Shown in pieces: positions 50,701 through 63,091 of a DNA stretch of 64,000 nucleotides (position 1 is its first letter; the number at the start of each line of letters is the position of its first letter). Under the pieces are notes generated by a model. That model searched no databases. It worked only from the letters and a program-made list of their open reading frames with translations, and was not told where the DNA came from. The position numbers and the translations under genes are program-made. The DNA lies in the NCBI GenBank assembly GCA_004022145.1, contig RCNU01000006.1. The stretch is one strand, 5' to 3'. The DNA comes from Paecilomyces variotii. Lineage: Eukaryota.

Positions 50701-51955
50701 ATACTTTTGGACTAAGATGTCGCCTGGGCCGTACCTGAACTCGGAGCCAACAACGTCGTCCTGACCGATGTTTCGAACGCCCCTCGGGATAGCCGCCCTC
50801 TCCGCTGTGGGAATATCGGTGGATGCATCACCGCGATGCACAAACCCACAGGAACGGGCAATCCATCCCTTTCAGCATTCAGGAACTCCTCTCGCTACAC
50901 GGCCTGTGTCGTGATTATCCCGCTGTTTACCATTCCAAGATCGATCGAGGGGAGAAACACGCTTATCAGCTACAGCCACCCATTCGCCACAAACGCAGTG
51001 CTATTTGAAGACGAAGGAGATGATATGGATCACAAAAAAAGAGTTCTTGCTCTGGCGGTCCTCCAGCCTCCAGGCGAGTGCGGACCCAGCAGCGAGGTAA
51101 TAAGCGACTCGTCGAAAATGTATAGCCAGCGTTCAATTTCCACTCTGTCATCCACAACCGGATTAGTTAGTGCATCAACATACAGCTCCCCCAAAGCTTT
51201 CTCTGATCTGATCGATCCTATCCACGCTAACTCCCTCCGCTGGCCGCGTATGACTGGTTCTCGGCCGCCTCTTGGTGGCCTATCAACAGCAGAGACCCTG
51301 ATAAAACGTTGTCGTCTCGGAGGAGAGGAAACGTTTTGTTTGAATCTCGCCCTGAAAGACCCGTGGGTTAGACTTTCTCTCTTCGATGTTACGCCCCCAG
51401 ATGGCTGCCCTGCCCCGGTCAAACGTTCCATCCCCCATCAATACCCTAGTCCGTAGGCCCAGGGCCCAGATGTTGCCCTCATGATGCTGTTTCATTCACA
51501 TGGTCCACCTCATCTGCTCTAAGCCGGGGCCTGGTTCCATCTTCCTGCAGGTCCCAAGGGCTAATCTGCTGAGTGTCCCATCGGGCGGCTCGACCTGCGG
51601 GGAGTAAGAAAGATGTGCCGATGCGTTTCTTCCTGTGAAGTATATAACCACCCTAAGCGCCACAGCGGTGGAATTGATCTCCTCGGGATCAACCGCAAGT
51701 CGCCTTTTCGTTCCTTCACTTGTTGCCGTAGCTGGTCTCATTCCTTGAGCCAGTGCTTCCTTGTTTTTGTTTGCAGGTCAACTCTGTGCTTTGCCATTCC
51801 TTTCTCTCGCACACCCCCCCAGGGAAAAAAATTTGTTCTCGAGATCTGGTCATCTCGAGAGAACTGTCATTTTTGCCATTTGTTTCAAGCGCTAGAACGC
51901 AGAAACACAAACTGTTTTTGGACCCTGTCCGATTACGGAACATATAAACATCATT

Positions 51956-53324
51956 ATGCGTTCCACAACATTCCTTCCGGCCTTGGCCGTCCTGGCCAAA
52001 CTGAGCACAGCTGCCTACACGCTCCAGCAAGATTTCGGTGTTTCATCGTTCTTCGACAATTTCGCCTTCTTTACGGTAAGCTTTTGGAGAGCTCTTGGTT
52101 CCGGCTTGGCTTGTCATAGATATACTTTTGGTCGCTCTATACAATATCCGGTACTAACATTGCAACCAGGGCACTGACCCTACCAACGGATTCGTTGACT
52201 ACGTCGACCAGAGCACTGCTCAGAGTGCTGGTCTTATCTCTACTGGAAGTTCGGTGTACATCGGTGTCGACAACACCAATGTTGCTTCGAGCAGCGGGCG
52301 CCAAAGCGTCCGTATATCTAGCACGGCTACCTTTAACCATGGCCTTGTGATCCTGGATCTGGCTCACATGCCTGGAGGTATCTGCGGAACTTGGCCTGCA
52401 TTGTGAGTCCGCCTTCTTGCGAAAAAAGAAAAAAAGAAGTCATTTTTTCTGACCAATAAAACAGCTGGATGCTTGGATCAGACTGGCCCAACAACGGCGA
52501 GATCGACATCATTGAAGGTGTCAACGACCAGAGCAACAATGACATGACCCTCCACACCAGTGATGGCTGCAGCATCACCAGCAGCGGCTTCACCGGTAGC
52601 CTGGTCACGTCCAACTGCTATGTGGATGCGTCTGGACAGTCCACAAACTCGGGATGCCAAATCGCGTCGAGCTCCTCCCAGTCGTTTGGTACCAACTTCA
52701 ACAACGCTGGCGGTGGTGTGTATGCGACAGAGTGGACCAGTGATGCCATCAGCATCTGGTTCTTCCCTCGTGGCAGCATTCCCTCGGACATCACCAGCGG
52801 TAGTCCCGATCCTACCAGCTGGGGCACTCCCGATGCCAACTTCGCGGGCGACTGCGATATTGACTCGCACTTCAACTCCCTCCAGATTGTACGTCTCCAT
52901 GTGTCTGGTTCTGCATTGCTTCATTACACTTGCTAACATGAGTTACCCGATTCAGGTCTTCGACACCACCTTCTGCGGTGACTGGGCCGGTGCTGTCTGG
53001 AGCTCCGATTCCACCTGCTCTGCGCTCGCCAGCTCCTGCCAGGACTACGTCCAGAACAACCCGACTGCATTCAAGGACGCCTACTGGGAGATCAACTCTC
53101 TCAAAGTCTACCAGGACTCCAGCAACAGCATCAGCAACATCATCAGCGGCGGCCTGAACGCAACCATTCACGGCCATCTCAATGCGACCATCGCCGCCGG
53201 GCTCAATGCGACTATCGGCCGCGGACTCAATTCGACCTTCAGCGGCGGCCTGAATGCGTCTATTCCTTCATTGAAGAGACGCTCCCACCGCAACAGACAC
53301 ATGCACATGCACGGTCATCACTAG
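51956..53324 (+). CDS. Secreted GH16 endo-1,3(4)-beta-glucanase (fungal Lam16A/MLG type); 4 exons, ~381 aa
   Basis: Exons 51956-52075, 52170-52402, 52465-52888, 52956-53324. Signal peptide; [30 protein letters not shown], catalytic [28 protein letters not shown]. Confidence 0.95.
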
Positions 53325-54426
53325 ACGAACGAACGCGATCGATGTTCTTCTTGTCTTTTATCACATGGACATTTTTTTCTTCTTCTCTTATATCCCCCCC
53401 CTTCTTTGCTTGGAAGTTGATCTTTCTCCCATTTATTCTTTTTTTTTTTTTTTTTTTGAACCGTGGAGCGAAGCTTTGGAAATACCCCCTCAAACCATGC
53501 AGTAGCATAAGCATATAAGCATGTTTTCTTTCTTCTTCTTTTCTTCTTGTGGTCCTCGTTTCCCCTGCTCCCAATCAACTCGAAGTCGAATTGACCGGAG
53601 TCACAAAAACGAAGGTACATTTACATTTACATTTACATTCAATCTTCATTTCTTGTATATATTTCTTTTTCCACTTTTTTTTTCTCTCTCTGTGTGATGT
53701 GGATGTGGACGTTGATGTGAATATATGTGTATGTGTCTGTCTGTGTCTGTGTATATCTTCTGTATATGAGTCGGTCAGCCTAACTATCTGTGATTGAATA
53801 TTTTACCTAACCTAACCTACCTTGCAAGTGAATGTTCGATGTAGATAGATTAGGTCCAATTTTAGCGAAAGTGAGTTGAAGTGATTTCGAATTGGATCGG
53901 TCAGTCAGTATAAATAAGTATTATTATTATTTCTAATGCGGATGAGATCGAGATGTGATCATCGAGTAGTCAATCTAAGTACTTATCGTTGCGGAGAGAA
54001 CCCGAATCACCAGCCAGTTTTAATATTCTTATCTTCCGCATATTATCTTTTCCCACTGCAGTGCCATTATCATAATTAGGCTGCGTCAGTAATCTTCCCC
54101 GCTGGAATAGTTCAGTCACTCTCACATTTGTGTTATAGTAGTATCTCAATAAGATATATACATTACTTCATTAACCCTTCATCTCCCATATCCCGAAATA
54201 TAGGACTGGGTGAAGGTTATCAGTTTAGCTAGTTGGGTACTAGGCGCTCATGGTTCTATCGTAAAGCAGAGAGAAAAGTTGAAAACGCCAACAGCGAAAC
54301 TAGCTCCAGCGCCAGAGAACCAATACCGCACAAATGCAAGGAAAACACAGCAAACCCCTTATAGTACAGAACAGGCTTCATCGCCATTTGGACCACTTTA
54401 CAGGTCCAGATGCACAAAAAACAAGA

Positions 54427-57400
54427 TCATAGCTTAAATCCTAGTTCGTCTCGACGGTCATCAGTTAATCGGCCCCATTCGAGGAGAAGCCGGAAGAAAT
54501 AGATCTCCATATCTTCTTTGCGAATTGCTTGCGCAGCCCATTTTCGTCCTTCTTCCGCAATCCAGAGAGCTTCCCGGTCATGCGGGGGCATCACCACATC
54601 TTCTCCGTTTCGCACACCGGCGAAATAGGCGAGCGTACTCCAGACATCATGCAAACGAAGGTCTTGCGGGACGAAATGCCGCCACGCGCTAATTCGCGAA
54701 TCGAACCACTGCCGGAAGAGAGCAGTCTTGAACGGGAGACTGTTGCTTTGCAGGAAAGGCAAGAACCGTCCACTGAAAGCAGCACCGTCCAAGTCGAAGA
54801 GATACCGATACCGCCAGTGTTCCTGGAAATCGACCTTGTCCACCGTGTGGAATTCCTCCGCTTGGGTGTCGCAGTCTCCGCAGCGGACGATACGCTCTGC
54901 TATGTGCACGGAGGCGTTCAGACCAAGCTTCTCCTGAGGAGCCCGACCGTCGAGGATCTTGTAGTTGTAAGTTCCTTGCTTTGCCGCTGGCAACATGACC
55001 GAGACTTTGTTCAACGTATTGTTGTTGATCAGATGAGTGAACCTTTGACGCGCCATGCCCTGCCAACGCCCGCCGAGACCCACGCCCTCGGAAGTAGCAC
55101 CTATCCAGAACAGCGTGTTTTCCTTGTCTAGATAGGGAACATCAGGGTGGTCCTCGGAGGGCTGATACTTCACCTTATCAACGTAATTCCATGGACTTGG
55201 GAACAGGATGTCGTTGAAGCCGCGCACTGAGCTTTGGCTGAACACCGGGAGCAGCTCCTGGCTTACTTTGAGAGAAGCAGCGGAGAGGAAGAAACCGTGA
55301 AGATATGCGAGATCTGGCTGATGACAGATATCGGCCGCACGATCCCAGTCGGACACAAACTGGCCGAGCGAGTGTGGCCGGATGCAGCTGAGGCATATAT
55401 TGCGCCGGTCCCAGACGCGGTCCCGACGAGCCTTGGAAGAAGACGGACACACCAGACTCACAGGGTCGTCAAAGACATCGTCGGACCAGGAACGGTCCAC
55501 AAAAGGCGTCTCTTGAGTCTGGTCTGCTGGTTCCACCGGCGCCCAGCCGTCGCTCCGATCCATCGACCACCCATTCAAGACTTGATCTTCCGGCGGTGCC
55601 TCGACTGATCGGCCGGCATCTCGCATTCTCGTGATCGTATCATACGGAACGGCGATTCGTGGCTCGTCATTCAGATTGAAAACGAGATCCATGTCGGGGA
55701 GATATTCGCTGAACGGCTCGATTATTTTTGCGGCACCCTCCACCATCCAGGCATGCGTCAGCTTGATGCCCTCCTGAACTCTGGCCGTACCATTCCTGAT
55801 GATGATCGCACCGACATCGTTGAACGGGTTGGTCGCCACTTGATGTGTCAGTTCCCTCAATCGCTGAGGTGACAAGGCCCGAAAAGGCAGCAGATCTTGG
55901 TGGATCTGATCGAAATCCTCAATCACAAGGGAGGACCTGCTCGTGGCATAATGGTACCATCTGTCAAATCCTCTTTCGACAACATTAGCTCTGGCTCTCT
56001 CATACAAGGAGGGGTTTGACGTACGGGGGTGGGTGCTGTTTGTAGCGATGGCGATATTCAATAACGGCCTCCTGGAGGTTATTGCTGACCCTAGCCTGAG
56101 AAAGAAACTTCTCATGGTGGTTTCGGCCATCGAAGATGAGTAGATCGATTGGATGCAGCATGGCTCTGTTACGTTGGGAGAACATCAAATATAGGGCAAA
56201 TACCGCAAGGACGGCAAGAATCTTCCGCGGCCAGGTGCTGGGCTTTGGACTGGACTCGGACTGATTCTCGGAGACTGCAACTGCCTGCAGGAAGAGACCA
56301 CTGCCGACGAAGACCGTCACAGAGGCTATAAGGGCGGGAAATAAAGAGATCAATGGGAAAGGCTGGGTGGAATTCCATAGCGTCGAGACCAGAGATATGA
56401 AGATGACAATAAAGGCCACCAACGTTGTCAAACTCAGGGATCCATATTTGGGTGCCTATGCCTGTCTTAGCTTATGACCACCGTTGGGATCTGTAGACGA
56501 GCTCACCAAATGCGCTGCTGATGCGAATAGTGTTGCGAGTAGAATCGCGTGCGTAATCGCGCCGCGAAGGTAACGGCCATTGAGCGAAACAATATATTGG
56601 CGATGTTCTGGAGCCACGGCGTACACGACGATGCCTACGGTCACCCAGAATAGTGCAACCGCCTTATTCAGAATACAGTTAGCGCTTTATCAGATTGGAC
56701 TGACGGGTGTCCTTTTTCTCCTGTGGTACTCGAACTTACGAGCAATCCATAACCCCATAAAGCCGACGTATGCCTCCTTCTCCCACCCAAAAACCGGAGC
56801 TCCTTCCGAGCCAGCTCGCCAGCGCCGATCAGCAGAATGGTATCGAGAACCACAGCGAGGGCTCTGAATGCGTGGATTCGTGGGGCGCGGTTTAGGACAA
56901 GGGAGCATATATAAGTTGAATTGCGGCCCTCATGGAACGATGCGACCAGAAAACCTCCCAGCGTGAGCGCCGCTGTGGCCAAAACATAACGCAGCCTGCT
57001 CCGAGGAACCTGAAACATCGCCGCGCCATAGATTGTTCGATCCGGAGCTACATCTTCCTCCACGGATCGATGTCTCTGAAAGCGCCAGTAGTCGTACAGC
57101 GCAACAAGGAAAGGAATCACGCTCTGGATGACGTCCGCAACAGTACGTTAGCATATACCATTCATTCCCCGCTAGCCAGGGTTCCTTACCGCATATCCAG
57201 CATTCGAGCATTCATTGTAGATCGTGATCTGACGGAACACTTCGACTCTGAAGCAGAAAATGGCGACGAGCGCGGCCAGTAGTATCCATGCCTTGGCAAT
57301 GCGCAGTCCTGCGATATTGAACGTAGTCGTGTATTCGACTTGCTCCAAGTCGGATGGGCCGGATGGAAGCTGATCCGTGATTTCGGTCAGCGGGATTGCG

Positions 57401-57739
57401 ACATATTTGTGCTGTGAAGAGGAATTCGTCTGGACGAATCGTGTACTGTATCGGTCGCATAGGAAAAGCGTCAAGGCCGTAAGGGTGCAAGCCAATATCG
57501 CCGAATGCACGGGACGATCTGCGCGGGAAGCTCTCCGTTAGCACTTGGAATCCATCGATTCTGTATCTTATTATTCGGATACCTACCAAAGGCAAAGGTG
57601 GTCCGGTACAAGCATGCAAGTAGTACAGCACTGGAAACGAACAAGCTAGAGTCGCCATTAGCCCAACCGCCCCCTCGCGGGAGAAGAACCAGACATACCC
57701 GAGCGAGACCTTGCGCGCCGTCTCCGTAGTAATGACCAT
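54427..57739 (-). CDS. CAP10-like glycosyltransferase family 90 protein with multi-pass membrane N-terminus; 7 exons, ~981 aa
   Basis: Exons 57739-57699, 57645-57587, 57518-57190, 57123-56740, 56662-56507, 56455-56025, 55972-54427 join in frame. Motifs HPIDLLI, YRHRYKQHPPPGFDRWY, LPDMDLVFNLNDEPR, DILFPSPW, YRYLFDLDGAAFSGRF, YFFRLLLEWGRL. Confidence 0.92.
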
Positions 57740-59115
57740 GGTGAGTGTTCAAGGACGGACTTCCTCAGCGGCCATGTCGCCGTTGTCTCGTCCTTTCTTT
57801 TGCACCCTGGAGGCGTTCAATATTCGGTGTTGTGGGGGAGAACTTTGGTCAGCATCCAGAAAGACTGGAGGGAAGGAGGGATTGCGAGTCTCGACGTTAA
57901 TCAGTGGGGGGGAGCACGGTGCGACGATGAACAACGACGGGAGATGATGATGAGAGCAGCAGACACGAAGGAAAAACTAGGAACCAGGGGACTCTATGGT
58001 ACGTCTACTCTTACTGGCAAGATACGGAGCTAATAATAATAAGAATAATTACTTGTCCTTGATCATGATGGCCGCCTGGTTCCATCATTGGATGCCTATC
58101 CAGACATAACCGTTCGCGGGAAAGCAAGCTACTCTTGGCTAATCGTTGACTTTCCGTGGCGGCAGGCCAGAAAAAGCTTCTCTCCTCTGCCAACATAACT
58201 GCGAGAGGTTGGTCGCCCAAAGACTACCATACGCGCGGACCCCGTCCAAGACGGCCAGGCCAGGCTTTGACAGTTTGATGAAAGTCTCCACGCCCTGGAG
58301 CAAGAAGTCTGCAAGAACCAGGATGGGATCTGTGCTGCTTCTTGGCGGTGTATTCCATGAATTCTCCTGCCCAGGGGAAAAGGAATGGAGGTTATGATTG
58401 ACATCCAGTTCCGGAAATAGTACTGTGGAGCATCAAAACGGTACCGCAGGCTCTGTATCATCGAAGTCGTGGGATTCGCTGTATAACCAACGATCTTATG
58501 TCTCCTTTACTGAACAACAACTCATGCAAGGGCCCTGGGTCGCGGACAGAGACCAGACCATAGCCCATTCTAGCAATGCAGACGCCAGGCAGTCAACCCA
58601 ACTGTATACCTAGATACAGCAGTATAGATCCTCGTTTATCAAAGTGACGCTGAGAATCGTATACGTCTTCTGCTCCACACGGCACGGGACGATATGCCGA
58701 CATCCTGCCAGCTTGGTAGCTGCGTTGGCTCTACCAGGATCAAAGGCCACCTTGATACTGGAGATACTACAGATACTGCAGTAAAGATCGGCCATTCATA
58801 ATGGAAAGATAACACACAAGAAGCATGATGATGGTACCATACGCACGCTTTGATTGCGTTAACTATCGGGTAATAATAGAGCACTACGGAGTAGATATGC
58901 TGAGCATCGAACCGCAAAAGCGGGTCGTCTTTGGTCTTTTCCGTATAGACGCGTCACGGCACGTAAGATGATCTCTGTCATGTTATCGCTGCCGCCATTG
59001 AAGCCATCCTTTTCTTTTTATTATTAGTATTAGTACTGTGAATGGAGAGAAACACGCCAGAATGGTAAGGAATCTATTCCGTCTACATGATTGGCTGGAA
59101 ATGAGGTGTAACAAT

Positions 59116-59125
59116 ATCACGTGAC
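59116..59125. promoter_or_regulatory. ATCACGTGAC E-box upstream of kre33
   Basis: Motif lies about 315 bp upstream of the kre33 ATG; same class as the tif32/gpgA sites. Confidence 0.4.
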
Positions 59126-59438
59126 TAAAGTCTAGTTTCTTTTCTGCCAAAGGCGGTGGAGCAATGAAGGCGGCGAAGAGCGGCAGTTTCGCAGGTCTCG
59201 ATAATTTTTTTGTCGCAGGTGAAATGCGACAGCCCAGATCGACGTTCGCCGTGCATCTTCTGACCCGCTCATCTTAGGAGGCCGTGTCTGAGGTCTTCGT
59301 CAGGATCAGAGATACCGGAGTAGAACAAGTCCAGGCCTTGTACGAATTTTTCGGTGTGCTGCCTATTCAAGGACTCGTTGACCTTGCTTTCTCCGCTTGA
59401 GAAGGCATCTCCCCGCTCCGGATATCCTATCGACCAAG

Positions 59439-62400
59439 ATGCCTCGCAAGGCGATTGATTCCCGGATTCCGGCACTCATCCGGAATGGGGTGCAGGAGAA
59501 GAAGAGAAGCTTCTTCGTGGTGGTCGGAGACCGTGCGAAGGAAGCGATTGTGAACCTGCACTATATCCTGTCTAGTGCCGACGTCAAACAGAATAAATCC
59601 GTACTGTGGGCATATAAGAAGGATCTATTGGGTTTCACAAGTCACCGCAAGAAGCGGGAAGCAAAGATCAAGAAAGAAGTCAAGAGAGGAATTCGAGAGC
59701 CCAACAGCGAGGATCCCTTCGAGCTTTTCGTCACTCTCAACCAGATTCGATATGTATACTACAAGGAGACGGAAAAGATTCTGGGTAACACATACGGTAT
59801 GTGTATTCTGCAGGATTTCGAAGCTATCACTCCCAACCTTCTCGCGCGTACGATCGAAACCGTGGAAGGAGGCGGTATTGTCTTGTTGCTTCTCAAGGGC
59901 ATGAAGAGTTTGAAGCAGCTGTATACCTTGTCGATGGACATCCATTCCCGGTACCGGACGGAAGCCCATGATGATGTGGTTGCAAGATTCAATGAGCGCT
60001 TCATCTTGTCCCTCGGGAGCTGTGACTCGTGTTTGGTGGTTGATGATGAACTCAACGTGCTCCCTATATCTGGAGGAAAGAACGTCAAGCCGCTGCCACC
60101 ACCAGACGCAACGACAGAAGGAAAATCGGCGACACAGAAGGAACTGCAGGAGATCAAGGAGAGCTTAGCAGACTCGCAGCCTGTGGGGTCACTGGTCACT
60201 CTGGCCAAGACGGTCGACCAGGCAAAGGCCCTCCTCACATTCGTTGATGCTATTGCAGAGAAGACTCTGCGGAGCACAGTGACCCTCACTGCGGGAAGAG
60301 GACGTGGTAAATCAGCGGCCCTTGGTGTCGCTATTGCAGCGGCCGTCGCACACGGATACAGCAACATTTTCATCACCTCTCCAAGTCCTGAAAACTTGAA
60401 GACGCTCTTCGAGTTTGTCTTCAAAGGGTTTGATGCCCTTGGTTACCTTGACCATGTCGATTACACCATTCTGCAGTCGACGAACCCTGACTTTAACAAA
60501 GCAGTCGTGCGAGTCAATATCCATCGTCAGCACCGTCAGACCATTCAGTATATCCGGCCCCAAGATGCTTACGCTCTGGGACAAGCGGAACTGCTCGTCA
60601 TCGATGAAGCTGCCGCAATTCCCTTGCCTCTGGTGCGGAAGCTCATGGGCCCGTACCTGGTCTTCATGGCGTCGACCATCAACGGTTATGAAGGAACAGG
60701 CAGATCTCTTTCCCTCAAATTGATACAACAGCTTCGTGAACAGTCAAGGGGCGGCTTGAAGACGGGCCCGGAGGACACGGACATCGCTGATCGGGCCACT
60801 GGGAAAGCCGCAAAGAACACAGATAAGAACCTGGGTGGTCGATCCCTCAGAGAAATCACCCTCTCTGAGCCCATCAGATACGCACCGGGTGACTCTGTCG
60901 AGAAATGGCTCAACAAGGTTCTCTGTCTGGATGCTACTCTGCCAAAGTCGAAGATGAACACTCAGGGATGCCCCCATCCTTCGCAATGCCAGCTCCTCCA
61001 GGTCAACCGCGATACCCTCTTCTCGTATCACCCTGTTTCGGAGAAGTTCCTGCAACAGATGATGGCTCTTTATGTCGCCAGTCACTACAAGAACTCGCCC
61101 AATGATCTCCAGCTAATGAGCGATGCACCCGCCCACCAGCTCTTTGTTCTTGTTCCCCCCATCGACGAGGAGGCTACTAAGCTCCCGGAGCCGCTCTGTG
61201 TTATCCAGGTGGCACTGGAAGGTCGTATTAGCAGACAGAGTGTTCTTAACAGTCTCAGCCGTGGCCAGCGGGCTGGTGGTGATTTGATCCCCTGGCTTGT
61301 GAGCCAGCAGTTCCAGGACGAGGATTTCGCCTCTCTTTCTGGTGCTAGAGTCGTCCGCATTGCGACCAACCCAGAGTACTTAAACATGGGCTACGGCTCC
61401 CGCGCTTTGGAACTGCTCACCGACTTCTACGAAGGCAAGTTCACCAGCCTGTCTGAGGACGTTGAGTACCCGTCGGAGGAGCTTGTTAGAGTCACGGACG
61501 AAGAGCTGGAGAACGCCAACCTCCTGGATGACAACATCCACGTTCGGGATATCCGCTCGATGCCGCCTCTCTTCGGAAAGCTCTCTGAGCGACGCCCGGA
61601 TAATCTCGATTACGTCGGTGTCAGTTATGGTCTGACTCCTGCCCTCCACAAGTTCTGGAAACGTGCCTCTTTTGCTCCTGTCTATCTCCGACAGACCCCT
61701 AATGAGCTGACTGGCGAGCACTCGTGCGTCATGCTGCGGACACTCTCTACTGGTTCGAATGATACTAGCTGGCTTGGAGCTTTCGCGAAGGACTTCCACA
61801 AGCGCTTCGTCTCCCTTCTGTCTTACCAATTCCGAACATTCCCTTCAGTCACCTCTCTAAGCATCTGCGAGTCTGCCAATGCGGGCGCCAAAGCCGACCC
61901 GTCCTTGCAGGCGTCGCCATTGACCAAGGCAGAATTGGATAGTCACTTCTCTCCCTTTGATCTTAAGCGTCTCGACAGCTACGCAAACAATCTGCTTGAT
62001 TACCATGTCATCCTCGATATGGTCCCTACCATTGCGGAATTTTACTTTTCTGGCCGACTAGGCGGCAAGGTTAATCTGTCCGGTGTTCAGCAGTCGATCC
62101 TGCTTGCGATCGGTCTGCAACGCAAGAACATCGATGACATCGAGAAAGAGCTCAGCTTGCCTTCCTCTCAGATTTTGGCCATGTTCGTCAAGATCATCCG
62201 CAAAGTCTCGATGCATTTCCGTTCCCTAGTCGAAGGTGCTGTGGCAGAGACGCTCCCAGCGGAGAACGTCGCTGGTGAGCGCGACGCCAACGGCGCGCAC
62301 GATGATGAAGTTGTCGATGACCGATTTCGCCCACTTGACATGGACTTGAATGAAGAACTCCGGGAGGGTGGCCAGGAAGTAGACAAGGAACTGAAAGAAA

Positions 62401-62740
62401 AGCAGAGGGCGCTCATCGATGCCCTGCCGCTTGACCAGTAAGTCGCCCCCAGATTCCAAACAGGAGGCCTTCTCCTTTGCAGACAGTAGCACTCTATCCG
62501 GAATTACAAAACAGTAACTGATTCACAGCCTCCAGATACGAGATCGATAACGGTGCCGCTGCCTGGGAGAATGCTGAGAAGCAGATCCGCGCCGGAGGCG
62601 CCTCGACCGTGAGCATCAAGTCGTCCAAGACTCAAAAGCGCAAGGCGGGTGAAACCGCACGCGAGATCTATGACCAGGAAATCGAGTCTAAGAAGCAGAA
62701 GAAGATCAGGAAGGGAACTGAGGGCAAGAAGAGATCGTGA
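59439..62740 (+). CDS. kre33: RNA cytidine acetyltransferase Kre33/NAT10 (helicase-like plus GNAT plus tRNA-binding); 2 exons, ~1067 aa
   Basis: MPRKAIDSRIP start, TAGRGRGKSAALG, IDEAAAIPLP, STINGYEGTGRSL, HYKNSPNDLQ, RVVRIATNP..MGYGSRA. Intron 62438-62535; basic NLS-like C-terminus. Confidence 0.97.
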
Positions 62741-63091
62741 TCTTCTTTCACGAACCCTTTACTTGTCGGATTGTTCCTATAAGAAGCCCTTTTTTGGCTG
62801 GAGTTTCTTTGCATTAGAGAATGGTGTTAATTGGTATCAGGGGCACTATTTGTGATGATTCTACAATGGCTTCTCATCTGGTTTTAACTAAATACTTAGT
62901 ATGTATATAGACCTTTTTTCCAGCTCGATGACGGCCTAAAAGTTTGAGAAAAAATAGTCAATTGTTCTTTTTATTCGAGTATTTCCATTCCAAGATGGTG
63001 AATTGCAATGTAGGCAATAGTACTCCAGTGCAGACAATCCGTCATATAAGTAAGTTACGCAAACAAATAAATCCGACTCGCAGCTTTCCTT

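Noticed and set aside
47800..51950. Long intergenic gap as a possible telomerase RNA or transposon locus
   Set aside because: No TAACCCTAA-type template, terminal repeats or transposase/RT remnants seen by eye; an Infernal/RepeatMasker run would be needed to exclude them fully.
58825..58903. Box C (ATGATGA) / box D (CTGA)-like pair upstream of kre33
   Set aside because: Only a 2-bp terminal stem, and the would-be guide is the dispersed TACGGAGTA motif rather than a recognisable rRNA complement.
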